A stretch of 64,000 bases of DNA, from positions 1 to 64,000 of the forward strand of contig CT868058.1 of assembly GCA_000165425.1 (NCBI GenBank). Reading direction: 5' to 3'. Source of the DNA: Paramecium tetraurelia (lineage: Eukaryota). Below are positions 1 to 12,152 of this stretch, one piece after another. The stretch's first letter is position 1; every line of letters begins with the position of its first letter. The notes beneath the pieces are model-generated. The model worked only from the letters and a program-made list of their open reading frames with translations. It did no database searches and was not told where the DNA came from. Both the position numbers and the translations under genes were made by a program.

Positions 1-1400
1 CAGGTATGTTCAAGATGCTTGCTAACTAACAACATGAACATTGTGCGCAAGGTGAAGATGATAAATAGATTTTCATAGGATAAAGGAATGGAAAAAGAAA
101 AAGTCAAAATAAGTGGAAATTATCTCAAAGAAGAATTACATAATTACTATATTTAGTGACAATTAAAGTTGAGCATAAGTATAATCAGCAGATTTTTAAT
201 GTAGCATAAAAATTAATGAAATATTTACTAACCAAGTCAGATATCAATTAGTCATAAGGTAAGCATAGAGATAAGATTTACAAAACTCAAGACATAAAAC
301 TATGTGCTTGAACGAGACATAAATTAGTAATGCAAATAAATGTACAGCCAGAAAATAGTTTACCTTATGTAATTCTAGGTCAGCATAAGACCAAATCTTG
401 CACTCCATCCATCTGCACTTCAAAACATTGACAGGCTTTAAAGTTTGCATATTAAATTTAGCTTTATGCTACACTATACATAAAAATCCTGTTTCAAAAG
501 TTTGACATAGACTATCCCTAGTTGATTTGTACAAGCAAACCTAACTCGAAATTAACTATTATGCCATCTTAAATTCGCTACTTTCAGTAACTTAATGTAA
601 AAGATAGGTAGACTTGAATACCAGTGGGAGTTTCTATTTACAAATGGTGTAATAATGAAGGCAATAAACTAATAATGGTTATTGAAATTCATGCTTTTAA
701 TCTCTAGTGTTGATGTAGTGTCCATTAGTGATAGTAGCGTAAGAGCTTGATCGTGGTAGAACGTTATGAGATGGACATTACGAACAAGACGTAGAGCATC
801 CTTTACAACTACTACTAACAAGTGGTTCCAAGTGGGATGTCCATTTTTAAAATCAAGAGTAGCAATTAAATTACTAGGTGTATCAGCAGAATGCAAATAT
901 GCTATAAAAAGTGTTTAACATATTTTAAGTGCTTTGATCATTGATTATACTTCACCTGGTAGACAATACAAACAGGTAGCACTTCACTTCCTGAATATTT
1001 CTTATGACTTCAGAAGAAACAAAAATTATAATATTGCCTTCTTTATAAGAAGTTTAACAAGCTGACTTATGTATAGACAACATGAACAAGAACATAAATT
1101 AGAATGGCTGAAGGTTTGTAGCTTTAAAATACAGAACACTGAGTACTATAAGTAGTATACTAATACACTATGTATACATCAAGGGTTTATTGTACAGAAC
1201 AGCTAGTTACATAGATATGTAGATTGGAAACAAATAATTACATTTAGATTTATTTATACAAAAGTCTAACCTTAAGTAGATGGTAAAAAAGTACTTATAA
1301 ATTCATATTGAATATTGAATAGGCTGAGTTACAAGATTATAAGATTACTACATAAAATAGTGTGAGAGCAGCGCTTGTATTAAGTGATACCCCAATTATT
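1..1400 (+). pseudogene. Decayed WD40-type gene remnant (loosely beta'-COP-like), 5' end possibly off-window
   Basis: Peptide fragments in different frames resemble WD40 blades (LHPS, KDRQT*IPVG, VSISDSSVRA*SWQN, HPLQLLLTSGSKWDVHF). They are interrupted by TGA stops and frame switches, and I found no coherent intron model. Confidence 0.3.
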
Positions 1401-2399
1401 GTATGATCTGTTTAGGAGATTCAAGTTAAAAAAAGGACAAATTACAAAAATTAAAATTATAAATATAAACAACTCAGCATAGCCATAGCCAGCACTCTAT
1501 ATTTACAAATTTATCAAATTTAATTTTGAGGCTATTTCTGAATGAATGAGATGATATTAATTTGTATTGATTTATTTCTTTTAATTTCTTCATAATACAT
1601 GCAGCAAATGTTGAAAAGAGTTTGTATATATAAATTTGGATCTAGTGTTTGCATTCAAACATTAGTAGCAATGCAAGAAGTGAATTGTCAAACCATCAAA
1701 GGTTACGAATAGTTTTAGGTACAAATATTGGTAATTAAAAGTAAGCGTAATCTGAATCAAATTAACAGGTATATCAGTAAGATTAAAGAATGCAAGTCTT
1801 ATGTTCATATCAAAAAGAATTAAATGCAGATTATTAAGATCCTCTCAGAATCAATATTTCCTTTAATCATCAGCATTTCAATATGTTTTGAATAGTTCTT
1901 CTCAAGGAACTACCTATCAATACATGATAGTTATTCAATAGAACCAATTGAGTAAGAAGCAAAAATCCCATTCTTTTACACCATTAACTCCTAAAAATGC
2001 AAATTGAAAAAATAACAAAACACCATATAGCAATGGAAATTACACAACTGAACATTTATTTGATTAAATTTAAAGACAGGTTCCCGCTCAATAAATCCAG
2101 CAACACAACGTTTAAAGTTGGGGCTTTATTACTCCAGGTTAGACAAAAGAAAGAGATTACATCAGAAGAACGTAAAGTATTATAGTTACAATACAAACGA
2201 CAAACTACTGCATTTTTAATCGGTAAATTTTTTGGCAACTTCCACCTCAGTAAAAGTTAGACATAAGTATAATAGCACAACTAATGCAACATATTAAAAT
2301 GTGCGGTAGAAATATCATTATCTTTATAGGAATCATTATAATATGTATCACATTTTAGAACTAGTTCTAATATATAACCAAAAGACAACATTTAGTTGA

Positions 2400-3800
2400 A
2401 CCTAATTTCTTGAAAAACTGTTGTAATGGAAGCTGTACTTTACATAATGGAACGCGTTGAATTTACTTAGTAGTTTCTCATATTTTATACTAAGTTTAAT
2501 AAGTAAGCACTGGCTCATGCATTGCTAGATTCATAATTAGAATCACAATCGGTATAAAATTGGATACTTCATTACAGGATGGATCTCAAATGCATTGCTC
2601 CAGGAAAGCCACCAAAAAATTATTTACAATTAAGAGTATTTCCAGTGCACTTCTTGATGATAACAGGAAGACTGATATCATAAAATCTTTAGTTGCTTTT
2701 ATTTACTGTTGCAATAGTAATCTTTAGATACGTTGGGTTATTTCTTAATATTATTTAATTTAGTTTCTTTTCCCGCCTATCAGTGATTTGGTCAGGAGTG
2801 CATCAAGCCCTTTTAAAATCAGTGATATCCTCTCTTCTACCTGGAAGTTGATTAAACAATCAAAATGTAAGAAGCAGGGCTGTTCAAAACATTGTCAGAA
2901 ATAATGTATTCTGGCGAATACTGAATGAACTTCAAATACTCTGATTATATCAAAAACTTTTGGAAAACAAGAATTGGATCTAAAAGAGTAGACTGGCGAC
3001 CTACTTGTAACGCCAAAACAAATACTTGCATCACATCAGAACTAGATATTGAAATGATAATTATTTTATATCTAGTTCCTTAAAAGGTATCTTCATCATC
3101 AATTTTTAATCAAGCTCTTGATTTACGAACATTATTTGTACACTCATATATCTAATTTTTTAGATTAAGTAAGGCTAGAAGCAACTTTATAGATTCTGAG
3201 AAATGTGCATAAGTTGTTCTATTCAAATAAACTGGTGTAAATTTAACTACCAGTTTACAAACTGCATCCACAAGTGTTAGGTTAATCAACGATGGACATT
3301 ATATCTTGAAATTATAAGTAGAACAAGTAGCGCTTTAAGAGAAATATAAGAGAATTATTAAAAAAATAAGCATTCAAGCTGAGCTCCAATTGTAGATTGC
3401 TACAAGATGAATCGCAAATAAATGAAGGCTGCACTCCATTATAGACATCAAAATATAGTAGCTAGAGCATTTCTGTTAAACTTTTAAAGGTAGCAGGAAT
3501 TTTGATTTAACAAAATCTTCAGTTTTTTAACATATAGTTGGAAGAGCGTTGTAATTTTTTACATAATTTGTATTCATCTTAAGACGCTGCTAAACAGCGA
3601 CAGAGAGCTTCTAATAATTCTAATATACATATTCTATACTATATGAGCATTTTTCATTTTTCTATTCTTCATCTCTCCTAATCTTAATAATTTGTTCATA
3701 GCATTCTCCAAGTGCTCACTTATTTAAAATGATCAAATTTTAATTAAACTTCCAACCTTTGCAAAAGTCTGCTCATCACCCTTACAAAAATATGCAAGAT
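2400..3800 (-). pseudogene. Decayed coding remnant of unknown family
   Basis: Long codon-like stretches on the minus strand in the ciliate code (e.g. FYDISLPVIIKKCTGNTLNCKQFFGGFPG; FDVYNGVQPSFICDSSCSNL) are broken by TGA and frameshifts. Confidence 0.25.
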
Positions 3801-3866
3801 ACTTTTGATTTATATTACTCTTCTTAAACTAAAGTAATAGAAATTCAAAATTTTTTTATAAAAGTC

Positions 3867-6353
3867 ATGAATTGCACTTACCATATCCAAAATCAAGTAT
3901 AATTGATTTGCATAGCTCCTCACAAGTGTAAATGCTTACGGAAACTGTGTATTGAATGCCAATTTGAACATGGAGTGGATATCCAAAAATATGCAGTTCC
4001 GATTAATAGGTTTCAAGAGATAGTTATCAAAAAATTATAAGAATATAGGCTTTAAGAGAAATCTGAAATAGCATAATAAAGAAAAGAATTTAAATGTATT
4101 CTATCTCAAACAGAAATTATGTTGAAAAGAATTTGGGATGAGTTATCATAATAAATTAATTAGCTTTATGATTTCATTGAATAAACAAATAACTCATACC
4201 TGAATCTTGTCAACGAAAATGATAATATAATTGAATCTTCATATTCAGACATTGAAAAATTAGTATAAATTATATAAGGGAACACATTAAATGATTGGAT
4301 TTTTTAGAAAGATTAATATTTAGTTTAATTGGAGAAGGCAAAGAATTGGTGGGATCAAGAAGTTAAAGCTTTTAGTGAGAAGATGAATAAAGAGATGAAT
4401 TAAAATATGCCATTTATTACGTACTAATTTATTAATAATAAAGGATTCAAATCGTTGAAAAGGAAGACTAAGTTAATGTTTGGAAGGATGATTTATATGA
4501 ATTGTTGGCATAGACAAAAAATATTGATTAACAATTAATAAACATGGTTATTGAATTGCTAAGGAAGGAGTAAATCACAGATTGTATAGGGTATCTTTCA
4601 AACTCTGAAATAGTAAAAAAATTAGAACATCCTAGAATTAATAATATTTTGCTCTTAATTAATACTCTCAAAAATATTAGCGAAATTGATTTTAATAGAA
4701 AGAATTACTCCACAGAAGATTATAGTTAAATTAGAAAGGATTTGATCGAAAAAATAGCAAATGATGGAAGAATAATCTAATTTCTAAAATTTCTAGTTGA
4801 TCTTACAGCTATTGATGAAAGATTGATCTAATGTGGATCCAATTCACTTAATTTATTAGCAGAGATGAAGGCGGATGTGAGAGAACAAAGCTTTCAGAAT
4901 ATAAGGATTAGAGATACTTCTTTAAGTGGTGCTAATATGGTAAGATGCAATTTAAATGGATCAATTTTTGATAATGTTGATATTAGTGGAATGAGCTTGA
5001 ATGGTGCATCATTATTCAATTGTAAATGGAAGAATATACAAATACATGATTTAAATAAATTCGATGCTCATAATGGTAGTGTTTATACAATCTGTTTCTC
5101 TCCTAATGGTGCTACATTTGCATCTGGTAGTGGTGATAACTCTATTAGATTATGGGATGTTAAGACAGGATAATAAAAAGCAAAATTAGATGGTCATACT
5201 CATTATATTTATTCAATCTTTTTTTCTCCTGATGGTAGCACAATAGTATCTGGCAGTGAAGATAAGTCTATCCGTTTATGGGATGTTTAGACAGGATAAT
5301 AAATAAGAAAATTAGATGGTCATACTAGTGCAGTTTATTCAGTCAGCTTCTCTCCTGATGGTGCTACATTAGCATCTGGTGGTGGTGGTCAATTTGGTGG
5401 TGGAGATTCTTCCATCCGTTTATGGGATGCTAAGACAGGATAATTAAAAGCCAAATTAGATGGTCATACTAGCACAGTTTATTCAGTCTGTTTCTCTCCT
5501 GATGGTACTTCATTAGCATCTAGTAGTTATGATAAATCTATTCGATTATGGAATATTAAGACAGGATAATAAAAAGCCATATTAGATGGTCATAAAGATT
5601 ATGTTAAAACAGTATGTTTTCATCCAGATGGTACTATATTAGCATCTGGTAGTCATGATAAATCAATCCGTTTATGGGATGTTAAGACAGGTTAATAAAA
5701 AGCCAAATTAGATGGTCATAGTTAACTAGTAATATCCGTATGTTTCTCTCCTGATGGTACTACATTAGCATCTGGTAGTTATGATAGGTCTATTCGTTTA
5801 TGGGATATTAAGACAGGATAATAATAAGCCAAATTAGATGGTCATACTAGTTATGTTTAATCAGTCTCTTTCTCTCCTGATGGTACTACTTTAGCATCTG
5901 GTAGTCATGATAATTCGATTCGTTTATGGGAAATAAAGATAGGATAATAATAAACCAAATTAGATAGTAATACTAATTATGTTCAATCAGTTTGTTTCTC
6001 CCCTGATTCTACTATATTAGCATCTGGTACTTCTAATAACACTGTCAGTATATGGAATGTTAAAACAGGTTAACAAATCGTACCTTCGGACAATAATTAC
6101 AAAAGTATTCTTGCATAATTTTAATCCCCAATATTTAAAAACAATATTCTTCCAGAAAGAAGTATTTATTTTTCACAATTCTTTAGTTACCTCAAATATT
6201 ACAATCCTTAGAATTTCTTAAAATCCTAATCTAGAAATTTAAGGAGCCTTAATCTTGAAAGGAGAATTTATAAATTCTTAAGGTGTAGATTTGCGATAAT
6301 TATTAAAATCTAAAGGATGTTATATTTTAGAAAACTAATTTGGATTTCAATGA
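3867..6353 (+). CDS. Cys/His N-terminal domain + coiled coil + pentapeptide repeats + 8 WD40 repeats (Paramecium expanded WD40 family)
   Basis: ATG 3867 ([35 protein letters not shown]). Introns 4421-4443 and 6162-6186. Pentapeptide segment [38 protein letters not shown]. Eight [29 protein letters not shown] repeats. TGA 6351-6353. Confidence 0.92.
5062..6075 (+). repeat. Tandem ~126-bp (42-codon) WD40 repeat array, 8 units
   Basis: Recurring DNA motifs ttagatggtcat, ttctctcctgatggt, ttagcatctggtagt, cgtttatgggat and aagacaggataa at ~126-bp spacing. Confidence 0.93.
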
Positions 6354-9245
6354 TTATTTTTTAAAATTCATTCAAATTATCCAAAATCATTTAAATTTGT
6401 TTATATTTTGTTTTTTTCCATTTTACTATATCACTTTCTTATGATTCTATCATAAACTAAGTCATCTAGAATTTCAACAATGAAGTCAAATAATATTTGA
6501 TAAAATAGCTTTATTCTATTTCAATAAAACTAGGTTTTTGTAGATTGTGTCATCCTTCACAAAAAGGGAGAAGAAGAAAGAATTTAGAGAACACATACCT
6601 ATTTTCAGATTAAGGTTTGTAGATGAATATTATCAGACCATTTTGAGTTATCTAATGATAGGAGAAGATTCATGGCTATGATGTCAATGGAGCAGAGTTA
6701 TATTAAAAATATAAAAATTCTCCAATAACTAATTTTGTGGAGATATTTCTTCAAATATGAGATCTAAATGCTTATGAATTGATTTTTGTTCAAGTATCAA
6801 GGGAACGTAAATAACCAATACATTGATTGTTTCTTTAAAATTTATTACCAATTTATTTAACAGCAGAGTGTATTTAACATATCCTTACATTCTTCTTGAA
6901 ATGTCTTTACTTAATAAAACCATAACGTTATAAAATTAGAACTACTTGAAGTTGTGTTAGCTTAAAATGAATCAATTAATAAAATGCTGATTTTTGTAAT
7001 TAATCTTATAAACGATATCTAATATTTAATGAAACCCAGTTTTCATTTGACGGAAATTTAAACCAGGAAAAATAAAAAAAATTGTATTATACAGGTAATT
7101 TACAACATGCCACAGAGATGCAGATTTGCAAGATAATGGAAAATCAAAAATAGGATGTATTTTTATAATAAATTTGTGCATCCAACTTATAAAATCGACT
7201 AAAAATGTACTATTTCTGAAATTTTGAAATTTCTCAAATATTTCAAATTAATTAATATCTTGCAAATCAAATTAGAAATTTAATAATTTATTGAAAAATA
7301 ATTTCTAAGTAGAATCAAAGGATGAAGAAAATTTTTTATAGAATTAGAAAAATTATATGCAAATGAAGTAAATCAGGAGCTTTATACAAAACCCACTTCA
7401 ATTAGATATAGGCGATACATGAATGAAGAGCATGAAGTTAGAAAAAATAAGAAAGAAAGTTAAGATTCAATTTGTTATGATACATTTCAATATCATACTC
7501 AATAAACAATTCAAAATACTTATCTGGAATTTTTTCTCCGTAAATAAAACTCTTAAGGATATATCTAAATATCAACTTTACTTGTAAGGCTTTTAAGAGG
7601 TGTAAAATTTATTTAACGCCTATGAGGCAACATATTTAAGAACTACTTAAACCCAAATCTAATAGGTACCAATATCATAAACACAAGTCAAGACAACAAC
7701 CTTAACCAGCATTCGACTGTGGATTTAAATTCTCTTAAACAATAAATACACAATAATCAAATAAATGCATACTAATTAATATACAAACATCTAAACAAAT
7801 ATAACCAAACATGTAATAAAATTTAAGAATAATTTAAACATAGATTCTACAACTTTTGAATTATTTTCGGTTATAAAAATTTAATAAAGTAAATAAAATC
7901 AACACAATATTTTTATTATATACACCAAACCGCCTTATTTTTTTAAATTTATTATAAAAGGATCAAAGTTTCCCCTTATATGTTTAACAAAGATTGATGA
8001 TATTATAATTATCAATAATATAATAGATTCCAACCATTTTAGACAACTTTTGTATTTCTTGATTATAATGATTTGTTTTAAATCAACCAATGAAAAACTT
8101 CAATAAACAGGTTTTGAATAAATGAAAGGCGGAAATTTTAACTGTTCAATAGGCTTAAGTTAATATGAAGAAATATATTATCATAATAACAAACTCAAAC
8201 ATCGCTCTTAAGAAAAATAATAAAAGTACATAACTTACTGATATTAGATGAAAGACTAAAATCATTTTGATAAAATTTATTGCATCCTTTAAATGTGAAA
8301 TTTGAGATGTAGAAATAAGAGCTTTATATTATAACGATATCAATATATCTAATTCTAATCTTTTAAATATTTGTATTGTTGAAAAATATCTTTTTATCTA
8401 ATGTAGGGTTGATTACTATTTCTCATCTGATAAAGTAATTTTTCTGATATTAATATGGGAAATTGCATGTTTTCCTCTTTACTAATTTAAAACTTAATTA
8501 AGAATTATAATTATCAGAGGATAAATCTAAATAAAACCTAAGCGATTTTTGTTTAACAATTGTAACAACATTTTATTGATGCATGCTAATGGAACTTATT
8601 AATAAAAGGATATCTTGTTTTTCATTTTCTAATCCTTAATTCAATAATTTTATAAACTATTATGATTCATGAGTAAGGTTTATTTACAATAAGGTTTTGA
8701 TTTTTCCAGAGCTATGTTCAAACTCTTGGCTTAATCTATTATGGTATATAATTTGAATTACCATTAATTTAAAAACTATTTTGATTTAAGATTTCTAACT
8801 ATATCAGCTGTTGCTCAAGGGAAAACAAATAATTTTGAATTTTTGTTTCAAAAAAAAATATTATTGCTTTAAAATTAATGGTGATTATATTGAGCCATCC
8901 CTTGCAGGCTTAGTGGATATTAATTGCTTCTTTAATCTATTTAGCTAGATATCACTTAGAATGTTTCGGTTGATTTTAAATTAATGTGATAAAGAAAATA
9001 AATTAGTCAAACAGTATGAAGTCAAATAAATATAACAAAATAATTCTCCTTCCTAGATAGTTGGAAAAGTATTTTTTAGTGTTTATTTAACGAAAAATCA
9101 AGTTTTATATCCCTATTCTTATTTCAAACAATTATTAATTTAATTTTTTATAAGATAAATTATCCATTTATTATTTAAGATAATCATAAGGAAAAAAATT
9201 CACTTTTTATATTATATTAATAAAATTTCATTCTTCATGAAAATT

Positions 9246-12152
9246 TCACTATTAAAAGTAAAAATTTGAATTAGATTCAATTTTAAATACTGTTCCAAGC
9301 AGTACATTCAATTCATCTTATTTAACAGGCTTTTAAAGAAATGTGTTAATTCCAATGTTTTTTCCTTATTATATATTTTCTTAAGTATCATACGCAGAAC
9401 AAATCACAATAAAAGCCTAATTAGAGGTCAATTCAAGGATCTATTTAGTATCTTAAAAATTTACTTGTTAACTTGCTTAAAACCCATCCATTCCTGGCAT
9501 TTCGATATCCATAAAAATTAATTTATAGTTTTGACAATGTTTTAGCATTTTTTGTTTGACTTTTTCAATGGCTTGAAATCCATCAAATGCTTAATCAACT
9601 TCTATTTTATATTTACTCAGTATCATTTTTAGTGCTATCTAATTGAATGGAATATCATCTACAATAAGTATATGGACACAATTTTGACAGAGTATATCTG
9701 CATTTTGAAAGTAATCTTCTGGTAATTACTTCTAAATTTTGTTGTGATAATCCAGAATCTTCTTTGAAAAGTATTCTGGACTGATAGGAAGAAAAATTTC
9801 AGGTTATTTTTCTGAATCATTCAATCTCAATGTAATAAATGACTCTGACTTTCCTTCTTGAAGATTTACGTCATTATCTAATTTTAAGGTCTTATTACTC
9901 AAACTGAATACCTTATCTTAATCTAAATTTTAAACATTATTTTCTTATCGGTTTACCAAATTATTCAATTTCTCGCCTTATTAATTTGAAAGATAAATAG
10001 ATTATAAATTGGTTTATTATAAGTCTTCTATTTGAAACTATACCATAGTTCCTTTATTTTTCTTAGAGCTAAGAGTTAATTTATTTTCTTTTGATTCTGT
10101 CAAACCTTCTATCAATTTTGCTGCAATGATTAAACCTAATCCTGGCTATTTGATTTTTGAATGAGATTTCAACACAGCTCCAAATTCAATAGTATTATGC
10201 AAGCAATTCTAAATTTTGTTTAGTTTATGTTCATCTATCCCAATTCCATTATCTTTAACTGAAAAATTAATGTATTATTAATCAACTTCAATCACACTTA
10301 AAAAAATGCTTCCTCCTTGAGGAGTAAATTTGATTGCATTATTTAATAGATTTACTAATAACTATATTATTCTCTGTTTATCATTACGAAAGATCCTTCC
10401 TGCTAAGTAATCAGAGACTTTGATGGTTAAAGCAATATTTTTTTATGACACCTGTAGTTTATATAAGTCCTCTATTTCCTAAGTAATTTGATTAATCTTA
10501 AAATTAGCAATATTATAATTAAAGGAAAATGATTATAGTGCAGCATAATCTAAAATGTCATTAATTTAATGAATTAACAAAGTTATTGAACATTATGCAA
10601 TATCAATATAATTAGAAAAAGCTTTAGAAATTTGTTAGCATCTCATAAGATTCAACATTTGATAGCAACTATTCAATGGAGTTCTTAATTCGTGGGAAAA
10701 TGATTTAATTAAACTATGATGAATTATTTATTCATCTCTCATTTATTGACATTTGTATTTATTTGTGACATTCTTAATTATGATCAGCATAACAGGACGC
10801 TCTTAATCACTTTAATTATTTGATATATGACTTTTAATTGAGGATTTAAATTATGAAGAAGCTGAAATGTATTCTTATTATTAATTGGTCATTGATGTTG
10901 GCATAATTATTAATTTCAATTTCTTTTAGTAATTTTATTATGTTTGTTCTGATTTGATAAGCCATTCATAAATAAATATTTGTTGATGAAATGCTTACTA
11001 AAAATCTTTGTAAAATTAACTTTCATTTTGTCCTAGAATTCCAAAATATTTTTATGGTTACAGAATGATGTCCAAAACATCAACTGAATTATTGCTTATT
11101 TATAACTTTTTTATTATTTATTAGAGTAATTGGTAATGATGTTATTTCTTTTGTTATTTATTTGATGTTTCGCTTACATTTTCTTGGATTTTTGCAGTAT
11201 TGACACACATTTTCACTTTTTCCAGAACTTGCTCAATCCCTTAACATTCTAATATTTTTTCACATTTATTGTTAATAAAATTAATTGATTAATGCTCATT
11301 AATAATCAATATACCATAAGGAAATATATTTATCAAATTAGAGTATAATTAAAGCATCTAATACTGAGAGTTCCCTTAACTTAGAATATTTTTCTGAGAT
11401 TTTGAAAAGCTTGTCAAATGTGAATATCGTTTTAGTTTTAATTCATCTGGAAGATCCTTCAATTAAATAGTAAAATATTTTTTAGGAGATTAAACAAGAG
11501 TAATTTTACTCTATGATCTTATTAAGGAATGCATGAGATAATTTTTAGCGGGTGCAGGTGTTTCTTCATTTTATTAATTTTATATTATTTATCCCTATTT
11601 AAATGTTTTAAGATAAAAATTTTATGGAAATCTTTCATATTTTCCAAATTTCTTATAGTTTTTAATTCCTTAATGAACTAAAACAACTCCAATGAGAGTC
11701 AAGCACTCAAGTGTTTAGTAATTTTAACTGCAAACGACCATCCATATTGTTCTAATAAATAAATACGTAGGGAGTCCTAATCTACAAATTAAACTAGATT
11801 TCTGCCTAGCCTTCTTTAAGTAAGTGTTGTAATTGATAATCATTAACAAACAATTGGTAACTATGTAAAATGTTTAAGTGTAATTCAAAATCAATAATGA
11901 TTCTACGTAAATTACAAAATATAAAAGAGAAACTACATGCAAAAATATATTATAGTCTAACCCTCTTCGAATTATGTAATATTAACATATTCTTGCCAAT
12001 ATGCAAACTATCTATAATATAAATAACTCATAATTTATAGTTGACATCAGATTTGTCGCCAAAAATATCCACCAAAAGCATTAAGTTAGATTAGCAACAA
12101 AGATTAAAATGATTGAAATCTACTTTAAGAAATTCTAATCTTACACTTTCAT
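9246..12152 (-). CDS. Membrane-anchored hybrid sensor histidine kinase (TM region, PAS-like, HisKA, HATPase, C-terminal receiver)
   Basis: ATG 12152 (MKVQDQNFLKQISIILIFV). H-box FSHELRTPLNSC, N-box LVNLLNNAIKFT, G1 VKDNGIGI, G2 GLGLIIA. Receiver ILIVDDIPFN..LIFMDIEMPGMDG..FLQKP. Intron 9441-9464. TGA at 9246. Confidence 0.92.

Noticed and set aside
600..2900. In-frame TGA at positions where Trp might be expected, suggesting TGA=Trp DNA (mitochondrial or endosymbiont insert) or readthrough
   Set aside because: The same stretches also contain frameshifts and in-frame TAA/TAG. TGG>TGA decay in pseudogenes is the simpler explanation.
5062..6075. Regularly spaced repeats as a CRISPR-like array
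   Set aside because: The units are 126-bp in-frame WD40 coding repeats with no repeat-spacer structure and no cas genes, in a eukaryotic context.
6400..9200. Possible transposon, telomeric repeats or RNA gene in the long gap
   Set aside because: I recognised no terminal repeats, transposase motifs, G4T2/G3T3 arrays or tRNA-like structure, only short decayed coding-like patches.
9246..12152. Histidine kinase (and the S49 gene) as bacterial contamination or recent HGT
   Set aside because: Both use TAA/TAG as Gln and contain typical tiny spliceosomal introns.
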